DNA of 64,000 nucleotides from positions 80,848,001 to 80,912,000 of the forward strand of contig NC_043001.1 in assembly GCF_006345805.1 (NCBI RefSeq), read 5' to 3'. The position numbers were made by a program, and so were the translations under genes. Below, one piece after another: positions 11,721-25,445 of this stretch. Every line of letters begins with the position of its first letter. Within the stretch, counting starts at the first letter, position 1. Below the pieces are notes generated by a model, which saw only the letters and a program-made list of their open reading frames with translations, had not been told where the DNA came from and ran no database searches. This DNA comes from Octopus sinensis (taxonomy: Eukaryota).

Positions 11721-12744
11721 ATATCTAAGATTCTGTGAAGCATTTTCTACCCTTTACCATACAGAAAATCTTAGTCTCTACCTCCCCATTCCCCACATTA
11801 TCATGGGCCTCCTTTAATTAGTATCAGTTTTAATTCTTTTGCTTATTATTTTATTTGTTTATTTTCAACAATGGAGGGAAAAAGAACAAAAGCAAAAAGC
11901 AAGAAAAACAATGAAAACAAACCCATGTTTTATTGAAAGGTTAACTGTCAGCTTGTTCTGTAAAAGCAAACAACCTTCTCTTCATGCCTTACATTTCCCA
12001 CAGTTTATCCCTGCTACTGCTAGTGATGCTGCAGCTACTAATAACTAATGCCATTTTATTGGACTCCTAAGCAAGGCCCATAACTCTCCTTGATTTCAAA
12101 TGCCTGCTTTACTGAAAGTAAAAGAAAAGGAGCAGGAGAAGGAAAGAGTAAAGGAGATCCAGCTACAAAAAAAGTGGCTCCTGGTGTAGCTGTGTGGTCA
12201 AGAAGCTTGCTTCCCAATCATGTGGTCTTGGATTCAGTTCTACGGCACATCACCTTGGGCATGTATGTCTTCTAAAACACCGGGCCAACTAAAGCCTTGT
12301 GAGTGGATTTGATAGATGAAAACCAGTAGTGATGTTGATTTATTCAACTGAACCCTTCAAGGTAGTGCCCTAGTATGGCCACAGCCCAATGACTGAATGA
12401 TAAAAGATACAAGCATGGAAAAGAAAAATATGAAAATATCTAACTAAAAAAAATATAACTCCACTGTTCTAAGATTAAAGAATTTGGAAACATGTTTATT
12501 TTATTACTGAGTTGTATTTACTGCTATTTCAACTAACTTTTAGAATAGTGAAGAATTTAGTAAAATATTTTTGTCATTGTTAAGCAAGTGTTTAGAATAC
12601 AAATTTATGTGAAATTTTGAAGGCAGGTTTTTAGATCATTTTAACACTTGTTTACCATATTTCCAATGTAATATTATCTACTCATCAGGTGTCTGAAACA
12701 TGAATTAACATGAAATTTTCTTGGAAGGTTTTATGTCATTCTAA

Positions 12745-12944
12745 CCCTTATGATACGATATGTATATTATTATATTATTTGTTTCATATAATGTTAAAAA
12801 TAATTTAAACAAAATATTTTAGTGAAATAACGTTTTTGTTATTAAGCTAGTGTTTAGAACATAGATTAACATAGAATTTTGATAATTACAGCAAGTTTGT
12901 TTCATAGAACCAGAGTGATCTTAGGTAAGGTGGTATCAAAAGGG
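12745..12944. mobile_element. piggyBac-type MITE family 2 (other pieces near 12530-12720, 15325-15460, 48870-49090)
   Basis: ctaa|cccttatgatac ... gtatcaaaaggg|TTAA; TIR 11/12. Confidence 0.65.
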
Positions 12945-13089
12945 TTAAACTTAAAATACTGTAGATTATCATACATTTTAATTTGATGCCTTACTGTTCT
13001 TGCCAACACACTATTTTTAATGTTTAACTATATAACTGCCACTGAACTACAGAAGAACCATACACATACGAGCTTACTTACATGTACAA

Positions 13090-13410
13090 TTGTGAATTGA
13101 CACTCCATCAGTTATGACAACGAGGGTTCCAGTTGATCCAATCAATGGAACAGCCTGCTCATGAAATTAGAGTGCAAGTGACTGAGCACTCCACAGACAT
13201 GCATACTGTTAACTTAGCTTTCAAGGAGAGTCAGCGTGATACAGAATGTGACAAGGTTGGCCCTTTAATTTATAGGCACTCCCCATTTTGCCAGCTGAGT
13301 TGCATGGGGCAGTGTCAAATAAAGTGCCTGCTCAAGGATACAACACGCTGCTGGTTTTCGAACTCACGACCTTATGCTCATGAGCCGAATATTCTAACCA
13401 TTGGGCTATG
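13090..13410 (-). mobile_element. SINE family C, tail type 2
   Basis: Same head and central domain as 26672. The tail matches 53540-53720. Confidence 0.75.
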
Positions 13411-15124
13411 CTTTGAAGTGGATATTCACATTTGTGAATATCCACTTCAATTCAGCCAACATATTATCTTGTCTATCATTCCCCACTTTTCTCTTCAAAA
13501 CCTGGAATCCTTTCTCTATATTATTAACTTAAAAGACTGAATTAGCACCAAAACTGGCACCAACCCACCTTCCCTTTACAACCCCAAAATGTCCCATTTC
13601 TTCCAATGCAAAGCTTGCAGTGTCAATAAGATAGATTCTTAAGACGAGATGAGATTGGAGGTGAGCAAGTGAAGTGAAATAGAGTGGTGTGGCGGGAGTC
13701 TCTTCTCTTCGCCAGAGGGTTATTGGGTAAGACATTCTCACTCCCAGAGGACATAATTTTCTAAACATGGCAACTGTGGGGAGGAAGCGGTGATGTGTTT
13801 GAGAATGGGAGGTGGGGGGGCAGTGTGATTAAAAACAACAAAAAAAGAAAGAAAGCAGTAGTCGTGACTTAATAAAGTGGGGTGGTATATCAACACACCG
13901 CTCTATTGGGAGCACATTTTTGTAAAGAACGCTGTACTGGAATCGGTGAGTGTTGCTGCTGCAAATCAAAATTGCTGGCTTTATTCTCCAGTAATTTTAT
14001 TATTGCATGAAAGATTTGATGTTATTTGGCAGTTGGCCATTTCCATTAAACTAGGTCGACACTGCATAACTTGGTTTTTGCTTATAAAGAGATATTTTTT
14101 TGTATATTTGTTGTTGATACTGTTTTTATTTATTTTTTTTTGTTTGTTTTGCATGTATGTATGTGTTCTTGAACACGAGGAAAACTAAGCAACTTTTAAT
14201 GATAATAATATCCTCATTAATGTTAGGGTGGTAGTGTTGCAACAAAAATGGTGGAGAGCTCCCAGCTAAAAATGCTTTGCAGTATTTAGTTCGGGCCATT
14301 TACATTCAGAGTTCAAACCCCCATTGGGGTTCACTTTACTTTTTATCCCTCAGAGATGATGAAATGAGTATTAGTGATATAAACTCATTGTTGAATTCAA
14401 TCAGATATATTCCCCCCACATACACACACTCTCTCTCTCTCTCTCTCTCTCTGTTACATGATTTATTGCCTGTGTGAGAATTTATTCCTATGATTAATAA
14501 GGCAGAGAGGTGCTGCAAAGCCATTGTTTCAAAGTCCCACGATGATTAACTGTACTTAACATTCTTTAGGATTGATGAAATATATACCAGTAATTTACTT
14601 GGAGCTGATTCAGTTGTCTTTACTCTTACTCAACAAATTTTTGGCTTTGTCATCATCACTACCCCACCACCACCATCACCACTATCATCATCATCTTGAC
14701 ATCCACCTTTCCATGCTTGCATGGGCCAGACAGAATTTGATGAGCCAAATTTGTACCAATATAAGAAAAAAAAAATAGTAAAATAATTTATTAATACTGT
14801 GGTGTTGCTGGACACTGTGTCTTTGAATTTACATTTTCTACTACATTCTTCACAATAACAACTAGCTACCAGCAAACGCCCTCTTCACCAAAGCCTGTGT
14901 GTGTGTGTGTGTGTGTGTGTATCGTATTCTTCTTTACTAACCATACTACATCTCACTGCTGAGACATTACTCTATTCTTCAATTCTGCTTCCACCTACAT
15001 TTTTTTTTTTCTGCAGTCTCTGAACTCTAAGCCTTTTGTTTTCATTGTTCTATTCAAATATGCTACCTTTATTTAGCTACTTTTCAAAAAATAATGAAAA
15101 ATTCAGTAAGAATACTAAGCTGGA

Positions 15125-15320
15125 ATGGGCAGCAAACTGGTAGAGTCATTACCACACCAGGCAAAATGCTTAGCAGCATTTCATTAATCTTGAGTTCAAA
15201 TGCCACTGAGGTTGACTTTTCCTTTCATCCTTTCTGTGTGGATAAAATAAGTATCAGTTAAGTACTGGGGTCCATGTGATTCCCTGAAATTGCTGGCGTT
15301 TTACCAAAATTTGAAACCAA
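15125..15320 (+). mobile_element. SINE-B copy
   Basis: Full match ending aaatttgaaaccaat. Confidence 0.75.
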
Positions 15321-16018
15321 TGTAAAGCTGGAGTTTGGAAGATAAATTAACATGGAATTTTGATGGAAGGTTTTAATTTATATTGCCTTAAAACAGGAAA
15401 TTTGTTTCCTGGAATCAGGGGTGGTCTTTCTACACCAGCAAGTTAGTATCAAAGGGGTTAAGGGTGAACATAAACCTCATCAATCTTGACTAGGGAGTGG
15501 GATGACCTGCAGATGTCATATCTTCTCCCCACCTCTGTCTTATAACAAAACTAGAAAACCTGTAGATTCTATTATATTTTAAGTTTTATAACTGGTCCTA
15601 ATCAAGGGTAGGTGTCTTGGTTGACTTGGGGGCAACATTGTGTCTGTGACAGGACATAAACTCCCAACCTGTTTCCTAGTTGTCTGGTGACCTATTGTTG
15701 ACTCTACCCCTCCCTCTTTGTCTCTTTATCTGTCTCCCCCTCATGACAGAATTACATTTAAAAAAAACAATAAACTAACAAATTACTTGTACCTTTAGTC
15801 CAGTCAAGCTAGGTTTACAGCTGCAATGACAAGTCACTACATTCAGGTGAAATCAGTACATAAATTAGGTGAAAAACTCTGTATGAATTCCTGAGTTAAC
15901 TTTCTTGGCTCATTCTCTTTTTATTTTTCTTTCTTTGCTTCCATTTCGATATTTGGCACTCCTGACTAATAATAACCTTAGACAATTCCAGCATTGGTGG
16001 TGGCAGCAGTGGTGATAG

Positions 16019-16051
<33 letters not shown>

Positions 16052-16775
16052 AAGCAGTAGTGAGGACTCCTGCCAAAACTATAGATAGACTACTTAGGAA
16101 TTCCTAATCTCCACACACTTGTAGGTCAGCTGGAGCAGAAGCAGACTGGGAAGAGGTCTCTGAGGTCAAAGTTGTTGGTGGGTGGCAGTGGTGGTGTTGG
16201 CTGTGGTGTTGGTGCCTGAGGTCATCTAAAGGAGAATAAATAAATGAATTTAAAAGAAATAAAATAAAAATACAAAATAAAATGGTGGCCAAACCTAGTC
16301 TTATTTACTTCCAAACATATATTTGCATTTTCATTTACACTTAAAATGCATAAATGCATGTACATATGAACGTACACATTCACCATTCACACACACACAC
16401 ACACACACACATAGTACACAAACTCTATTCATGCATGTGTATTTAATATATATGTATGTTTATATATATATATTTCATACATATGCGCACATACGAATGT
16501 AGCAAACATACATGCACATACACACATGCACTCACTAGAATCGTCTGGTGTATTCTCTCCTTTTCTCTTTCATCCAAGCATATTTAAGTTCACTTATGAA
16601 CTCTTTCATGTCTTTTCATACACACACACACACACACACATGCATACATGCAATATATATGAACACAGATACCCTCCTGTTTAGCAACACGAATCTGCAT
16701 CTCTCACAATTTGCTTTATGCTTAAATATATCCCACCATATATTTGGTGGCATGATCTTGGGCAGACACACACAC

Positions 16776-17125
16776 AGGTGCAGGCATGGCTATGTGTTTA
16801 AGAAACCCACTTTGCAGCCATGTGATTCTAGGTTCAGTTCCACTGTGTAGCACCTTGGGCAAGTGTCTTCTACTAAAGCACCAGGTTGACCAATGCCTTG
16901 TGAGTGAACTTAATAGATGGAAACTGTGGAAGCCCATCATGTGTATGTGTGTGTATATATGTATCTGTGTGTGTGCATCTTTGTGTTTGTCCCCCTGCTG
17001 CTGCTTGACAACCAGTGTTGGTTTGTTTACATCCTCATACCTTAAAGACTGATAGAATAAGAATCAGACTTACAAATAAGTACTTACTGGTGTTGATATA
17101 CTTTAGGTAGCACCTTGGGCAAGTG
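16776..17125 (+). mobile_element. SINE-A copy
   Basis: ggtgcaggcatggctatgtgtttaagaa...ggttcagttccactgtgtagcaccttgggcaagtg. Confidence 0.75.
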
Positions 17126-18039
17126 TTATATTTTCAATTTCTTCTGTTGATGATTACAAATTATATTCCCATTTTTTTTATTTGATTGATATATTAATAA
17201 TAATAATAATAATAAAGGTGGCTAGATGCAATATAAAACCAAAAAGGAAAAATTCTATTGTCACTAATAGTGTCTTGTGTTTACATCTGGAATGGTCAAC
17301 CTTTATCCAGAAGCAGGCTGTATGTAACATAACTCATCATCAGGCAGATTGCATAACTAATATTACTAATATTTAAGTAACTGTTTCTAGTTTTGGGAAG
17401 TTATGTGGCATATATCTTTTACCTATTTTTTTTCTATGCTCATTGGACAGTTACAGGGACATAAACAAACCAACACCAGTTGTTTAGCGGTTTTGGTGGA
17501 ATGGGATAGCAAACACTGACACTACTGCACACACTCACATTTACACACATGACTCTTCTACACAGTTTCCCTCTACCAAATTCACTGATAACACATTTCT
17601 CAGCCCAAGGCTACAGCCAAAAGCACTTACCCAAGGTACTGTACAGTGTTACTGAGTCTGGGACCTCAGAATACGTGCTTCTAAAGCAACCCTTCAAAGC
17701 AGTGCCCCAAGACAGCCACAGTCCAAAGAACAAGGTAAAAAGTCATGAGGATCTTTAAGAATCCAAATTGGGAGGTGAGGTGGGTGGGTGTGAATGAAAT
17801 ACCTTTACCACCCCTAACCTTTCCTATATTATATCTTTATTTCTCTATTTGTAATGTTTACTTTGAAACCTTGCAAACCTTCTTGTCTTGTCCTTTTCCA
17901 AGTGGGGGTGGGGGGAATATTTGACATTTATGTGATGGAGGAAAGAGATGGCTTGATGGCTGTCTGTCTGTCTGGGTGGCTGGAGGTAGTGATGTTTGTT
18001 TATTTGTTGTTTTTTTTAGTTGTTTTTGTTTTGTTTCTT

Positions 18040-18100
<61 letters not shown>

Positions 18101-18169
18101 AGAGTATCTTTACTCTCTGTTGAACTACATTGGATCTGTTCTGACCTTTTGTTAGAAATGATCTGCAAC

Positions 18170-18600
18170 TACTACCACCACCACCACCACCATTTTTCCA
18201 TTACTTACCATTGCCACCATTATACATGCACAGTTACTATTACCATCACCACCATTTTCACCACTACCACCACCGCTATCATTATCCCTATATCAGTCAC
18301 TACCATCACTGGCCCTACAACAGTCATCACCACCACCACCAACACCATTATCCCTACAGCAGTCACTACAAACACCTTGCTAGTTATATTACTACAGCCA
18401 TTATCATCACAATCACCAGCAGTACCACCATAATTACCACCACTACCACCATAGCTACTACCATCACCATTCATCCAGACTAACCTTACCTGTTATTAGG
18501 TCATAGGTCACATCAATGACAGCATCATCAACAACTACCACCATACTCACTACCACAGCAACTATTTTAGCCAATACACTTACTAAACTACCACTACTGT
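18170..18600. repeat. Degenerate (CAC/CAT/TAC) trinucleotide tract
   Basis: Source of the Thr-, His- and Val-rich spurious ORFs. Confidence 0.85.
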
Positions 18601-19004
18601 TGTGCCACTTGTCAATGTCTTTAAATCAGAAGAAACCACAGCTCTCCAGCTTGGCAGTTCCAGTCAAACCCTGGAAAACGAACATGATGGACTTTGTGTG
18701 TTTGTATATATAATCTTTTATTCTCTTATTTGTCTCAGTCATTTGACTGTGGCTGTGCTGGAGCACTACCTTTAGTCAAACATATTGACTCCAAGACTTA
18801 TTTTTTGTAAGCCTAGTATCTATTCTATCGGCCTCTTTTGCCGAACTAAGTTATGGGAATATAAACACACCAATATATATATATATATATATATATAGTT
18901 AGGTCTTAATTATTTACCAACAGTATTCGTTTACCCGCCTCCCTGCAAAATTTCAAGTCTTGTGCCTAAAGCTTAACATAATGATAATAATTGGTTCAGA
19001 ACCA

Positions 19005-19197
19005 GCAGTTTTGAAGGAGGGTGGGTGCTAATCAATTACATTGACTCCAGTACTTAACTGGTACTTATCTTATTGACCTTGAAGAGATGAAAAGCAAAGT
19101 TGACCTCAGCAGAATTTGAACTCAGAATGTAAAGGTAGACAAAATGCCACTAAGTGGTTAACAAGGCAGGCTAACAATTCTGCCAGCTTGCCACCTT
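19005..19197 (-). mobile_element. SINE-B copy
   Basis: Reverse complement of the family consensus. Confidence 0.75.
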
Positions 19198-20760
19198 GTT
19201 GATGGCAATGCTAGTAATAATAATTTATTATTATTGTTGTTGTAGTAGTAGTAGCAGTAGCAGCAGCAGCAATAATGATAATCATTATCATCATTATTAT
19301 TATTTCTAACATTTAAAATAATTTGTTTCTGACACAGTTACAAAGCCACAAAATTTAGTACAGAAATTCATTAAATCAACGTAGTATTTAACTGGTACTT
19401 AAACTTATCGACCCCCAGGAAGATGAGAAGCAAAGCTGAAAACAAGTTGGCTTAAACAAGATCTGAACTAAGAACATAAACAGCCACTACAGACTATTTT
19501 TAGATGTTAGGTTATATCTAAAAAATCAATGTCAAAAGACCAAATGGTTAAAAGCGCCAAGCAAGAAATCAGACCAAGTTAATGGTTGTCTGATTTTTTT
19601 TTTTTAACATTTTTCTTAACATTGGCTACCTTAGAAACTAGCTTAGTCAACAGATAATGGAATTTATTGTGTGTGTGTGTGTGTATTGGAAAATTGGCAA
19701 CAAATCAATGTATTCATTAAATAGAATTCTCGGAAGGTATTTGTGGTGGTTTACATTGATAAAATCGGTTCAATTGGGAACAAAAAGAAACTAATATTTG
19801 GGTCATGAAGAAAGAAAATAAATAAATAAATAAATCATTATTTCAGTATGTCCTGATAAAGAAACCAAAACTATTTGAATAACTCCCTTAGCTCTTAGAT
19901 ATCGAACAAATTTTTATTTTCAATTAATTCATAATTCAGAGTTGCTTCCCTTGCATTTATTAACAAGAGTTAATCTTTGTGCTAATGGTTAACTTAAACT
20001 CAGTCATATAACTGAAACAAGTAACAGAGTAAAAGAATACTAATGACATTTTTTTCTCTTCTCACAACATTCATAATTTTTAATTCAATTTTTTTTGTCT
20101 CACTGCATCAATTATTATACCATCTACTGAACTACTTGTTTTTCATGCAGATGGGGCCACTGGGTAATTCTCTCACCTACTCTCCTGTCTCCCATCTTGC
20201 TTATCCAGTTTGCCTACTTTTTCCTATGTTTCACATATTTGTGAAGGAGCAGACCTCTAGCCAATGAAACTAAGCAGGGGTAATCTTTATAGCCTTTCAT
20301 GTGATCACAGAAATTCCTGTACAATCTAGAACGTTCAATGATCATCAGCACTGCCATTTTTTATGCCACTTTTTTATGAGGACATAAATCAACATTGGTT
20401 GGCAAATGACAGTGAAGGGATGATCACAAAGGAACACATACACACACATGGCTGGCTTCTACATGGTTATTCATCTACCAAATTCTCTCACAAAGCGTTG
20501 GTCAATCCCAATGTATAGTTGAAGATACTTGCTCAAGGTGCCATGTAGTAGGACTGAACCTGAAACCTTGCAGTTCCATAGTAAGCTTCTTAACTATACA
20601 CCCACTTTTTTTTTCTTTTTGCTTTGATTCTGCACAGAGGCTACAAATCCATAAATTAACTCTTATGATTTTAATGCAAATGATATAAAACAATATAGTT
20701 ACCAGTTTGACTCAGAAATTAACAGCAAGCCCACCCCATTAGGCTCACTCACCCACCCAC

Positions 20761-20880
20761 CATGTCAGCTGACCAAATTACCAATTAGGCTAGAACACTT
20801 CATTTCAGGTGACCAACTTACTAATTAGACTTGAACAATTCATGTCAGGTGACCAAATTATAAATTAAGCTACAAAGCAC
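20761..20880. repeat. Three tandem 40-bp units
   Basis: catgtcagctgaccaaattaccaattaggctagaacactt / catttcaggtgaccaacttactaattagacttgaacaatt / catgtcaggtgaccaaattataaattaagctacaaagcac. Confidence 0.85.
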
Positions 20881-21464
20881 CTACCTAGTGTAATGAAACT
20901 AAATAGCTGTCAGCAGGTGGAATGGATAGATAGTTCCTGCAGGTCAGCTTACCTCAGAGCTCTGATCAAGTAGAATGTAGATCAGTATCATTATCATCAT
21001 CAGTTTAACATACAACTTAGCTTGCTTACTTGTGTCAGACAGAATTTAAGGTGTGTTAACTACAGTCACATTTGTTTTTTTTGTCATCAACACTCATCTG
21101 TTTCCAAGTAAGGTAGTTATTTCTCCATGACCAGACATGTTTTCACAGAAGACTGGAAACAAAAGATACCACTTGCATGATGGTGACACTCATTTACAAC
21201 TATCATACTATTACACACACACACGCACGCGCGCACATATAGACAATCACAGTGAATTCAAAGATTGATACATTTGTCTCAGTAAAATACTCATAACCCA
21301 GCGTAAGCAACATTAACCCTTGATTAGAGATTTCCATGGAAAACTAGAAACAAACAACACAACTTGCAGTATGGTGACATTTCATTTACAACATTCGCAC
21401 AGTGTCAAGACAAGGGAGACAAACACACTCATATATGCATATATGAGTGTGTCTCCCTTGTCAG

Positions 21465-21564
21465 NNNNNNNNNNNNNNNNNNNNNNNNNNNNNNNNNNNN
21501 NNNNNNNNNNNNNNNNNNNNNNNNNNNNNNNNNNNNNNNNNNNNNNNNNNNNNNNNNNNNNNNN
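21465..21564. other. Assembly gap (100 N)
   Basis: Run of exactly 100 N; the true gap size is unknown. Confidence 1.
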
Positions 21565-21739
21565 CGCTCTTTGCTCTCTATTTTTTCCTATCAATAAAGG
21601 GATAAATGGGCTAGGGAAGTGGAAAGCAGGAAAGGTTTTTAGATTTCTGATTCTATGACAAGAGAGAGAGAAAACTGAAGAGATGCAGTTTTAATAGGGA
21701 GGTGGGTCGATGAGGGAAACAAGCAAATATAATATGGAG

Positions 21740-22803
21740 GTATATATAGATAGATATTGATGCAGAGTTATATAGATAGATAGATAGATAGATAGATAGG
21801 CAGGCAGAAAGATACATAGATAAGATGCAGAGATAGATAGATAGACAGATAGATAGATAAGATGAAGAGATAGATAGATAGATAGATAAGATGAAGAGAT
21901 AGATATAGATGCAGAGTTAGGTAGACAGACAGAATGGAGTAGAACTGGTTTGATAGATAGGTATTGTGTGATAGATATTGATATTTGCAGATGCATAGGT
22001 ATAGAGAGATAATTAGGTATAGATAGATAGATGGGTATAGCAAATTAAAGACATAGATCGGTATAGATAAACAGATAGGAAGGTAGATAGATACTGACAG
22101 ACAAGTATAGAGAGATAGATAGAAGAGATGGATGATTTGACAGATAGATGCTGAGATGAACATATAGACAGCTACCAGATACTTAGATACAAACATACAT
22201 AGATGGTTTTTATATGGATATGTAGATACAGAATGGGCAGAAAAATAAATTGAGAGATAGTTAGATAAATAGGTGTATCTCATTATTAACTGATGTTGAT
22301 TAGTATGTACTTATAGCAAGGTATATATACACGAAGATAGAAATATAGATACATAGATAATTAGATGTTTAAATAAAGAATTAAACAGATACATAGAAGA
22401 AAAGAAAGAAAAACGAGCATGACTAGTTGGACAAAGAACGAAGGAAACAGAAAGATACACAGGGAAATGTAGATCTAGTTATAAGTACATTCAGGAATAG
22501 CCCTGTGTGAGTGTGTGTATGTATAGCCATATATATCTATATATATGGACGTACATATATACATGTGTATGTATAATGGCATTGGCAGATAACTAACTGG
22601 CTATTATGGTCGACAAGTAGGTGAATAGTGCGATAGGTGAAACAAATTGAGAAATAAGAAGCTCACAGATTGTTGGATAAATGGATAGATACAGAGAGAT
22701 TAAAAAGACGACAGATCATTAGATCTAAACAGACAGATAAAATATCAGCCGCTGTAGATCAGTAGTTGTAGTAGTAGTAGTAGTGGTGGTATGGCCCTAG
22801 TAG

Positions 22804-22843
<40 letters not shown>

Positions 22844-23600
22844 CTGAGCAGACCTCTATGTATGTTATATAGGTAGTTAGGTATAGATCAAATAGTGGGA
22901 GGTAAAAGAGAAAGATATTGAAACCTGAGGTGTATAGTGGAAGATAGTCTGATAGTGCTAGATAGAGCTAGAGGGATACAGGGATGCACTTAATAGATGG
23001 ACACGTGAATAGATATGGAAATTAATAGGAAGGAAGAAATGAACAGATATAGAGATGAATGGATGGATGAAGGGAGGGAGGGAAGGAGGGAGGAATGAAG
23101 ACAGAGAGAGATACATAAATATAGAAGAATGGTCAGATTCTGATATATTCAGGGATGCACTGATAACTAGATGTGTGGAGAGATGGATAGGTAGATGTAA
23201 AAGAATAGGTAGGTATATGGAGGGATTAGAATGATAGACAAAATTCATGGAGAGATAGACTGATAGATGTGTGCAGGAATGGATGGATAGATGAAGGTAG
23301 TCAGAGTAATGGAGAGATGTGTGAAAGGGTGAATGGACAGGGGGAGGCATGAAGAGGAATTGAAAGACAAATGTAGATAGATAGACAGATAGATAGATAG
23401 ACAGACAGACAGAAAGACTGGGGGATAGACAGATACATAAAAAGGTAGATGGAGTGGGGGATAGAGAGGACAGACAGATGTATGCATAGAGAAAAGTATG
23501 TACATACATGGAGTTGTGAATGTATGAAGTGATGGAGAGATAGATAGATGTATGAACAAGTGGATGGAAGCTTGTATTGATAAATTGAAAGATGGTGGGT
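21740..23600. repeat. Long degenerate (GATA)/(GACA)/(GGAT) purine-rich tract
   Basis: Repeated agatagatagat blocks with strong strand asymmetry. Confidence 0.85.
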
Positions 23601-25445
23601 TGCTAAGTAAATGAACTAAAAGACACAGGTGTATATTGGTGAATGGAAGAATTTAAGAACTAAGAAAGGGTAAGATACACAGGTATGCATGTAGTAAGTT
23701 AGAGAGATTACATAGATATGGAAGGAGAGAGAGGGAAGTAAATATAGAAGGGTGTGAAATAGGTGTATGTGTGAATGAATATTTACATGTGTGTGTATAT
23801 GCATATGTATGAATGTTTATGTGTGCATATATGTGTGTGTATACATGTATAGCTACATATGAATACATTTATATATCCTGTATGTATATGTGGAGGTAGG
23901 GAGAGATTGTTAAAGTTGCATGTATATACATGTGTGTGTATGTGTGTGTCCCCGGGACATGTATAGAATGATAGTGCTGGAGATGGTTATTATATACATA
24001 TAAATTAGTGCAGGTATATAGACAGTACGTTTATAACAAAAGTGTATACAGGTATACAAATAGTACATTTATATAGATAGTATAGACAGGTATGTAGGTA
24101 GTTATATATAGATATATATCTAGATAATGCTTGAGATGGATATACAATTAGATAAGGAAATCTGATTGATATTTCAGCTGATTACTATGAATGAAAACCT
24201 TCCATTTTTGTGGTGGGGGAGCAAAACGAAAAACAAACCCAAATCAAAGGTTGATATTCATTAGAATGTCCAGTCTTCTCCACAACCCCTAACATCACAC
24301 CAGTACCCCTGACATTAAACTCCTTCCTTCATACCCAACCAATCAATCAATCAATCCAATTTATCCATCATTCTCTGTGCACATTCATTTTCTGTCCCCT
24401 CTGTCTTTCTTCTCCTTCCAGTCTTTTCCTTGTTGTTCCTTCTTTTGAAAAATAACCGTATTCAAACTGCAACTGTTTTGAATTTACAATTCTTTCAAGG
24501 CATAATAATCTTGGTCTTCATCATTTTTTCTCTTCTCTTTTTGTTGACATAGTTGTTGCAGTGTTTGTCGGTGCCAGTGTGTTTAAGCGAGCTAATATAT
24601 TTGTGCGTCTGTGTGTGTGTGTGTTATTGATTATTCTTTTCCCTTAACCAACCTGAAGAAAACGGCTCTTATATTGTTGCATCCTTCTTTCTCTTTTCTT
24701 CTTCTCATAACTCTGCTACAGGCTACTTTAATATTAATGTTTGCTATTGAAATTTTCCCTCCTGTTATTGTCACCTCATCTCTCTTACCAACACCCTCCA
24801 CCGTCATTTTCTTTTCTTCTTCCTTTCATTCCCCTCCTCAACTTTTTAATTTGTCATTCCTTGTTGCTTGATGTTGATTATTGTTTATACACACACATGT
24901 AGATTTTTATGTGTATGTGTATGTATATATGTGTTTGTGTGTATGCTTGTGTGTGTGTGTGCATATTTTTATATGTACATATGTATAAAGATATAGATAG
25001 ATACATAGATATGTGAAAGGGGGATCTCTTGTTTTTACCTGTTGCATGCCTTGGACTGTGGCAATGCTGGGGCACTGCCATGAAGGGTTTAATTGAACAA
25101 CTCATCACCAAGCCTGGTACTAATTCTATTAGTCTCTTGTTTTTATTTTGTTGAACCGTCAAGCTACTGGGACATAAACAAACCAACACTTGTTATCGAT
25201 CAGAAGTAGGCTTAGATTCTGTCTACCAAATCGCTATATATATATATATATGTATGGTGTTAGGAAGGGCATCCAGCCATAGAAACCATGCTAAATCAGA
25301 GTGCAGCCCCTCAGCTTACCATCCCTGATCAAACCGTCCAACCCATGCCAGCATGGACAACAAACGTTAAATGATGATTATGATGATATAGATATATGTA
25401 TATGTTATGTATATATCTATATATATGTGTGTGTATGTATATATA

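Noticed and set aside
12640-12700. Minus-strand CTGATGA...GAAA pair
   Set aside because: Stems I and II do not close on the core, and the GAAA side belongs to a piggyBac-MITE terminus.
13133-13540. 135-aa ORF (also 6844-7224, 25301-25516, 36145-36429, 48265-48540, 50264-50521)
   Set aside because: Chance ORFs across SINE or retroposon copies.
13716-13726. Possible micro-exon (cttctcttcgccAG|agggttattgg|GTAAGA)
   Set aside because: 11 nt would frameshift a phase-0 intron. The 9-nt in-frame version needs a weak GAG acceptor. No transcript evidence.
21409-21462. Near-perfect fold-back palindrome centred on ATGCAT
   Set aside because: It ends 2 nt before the N gap, which is typical of a fold-back read or contig-end artefact. 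It needs long-read confirmation before any biological reading.
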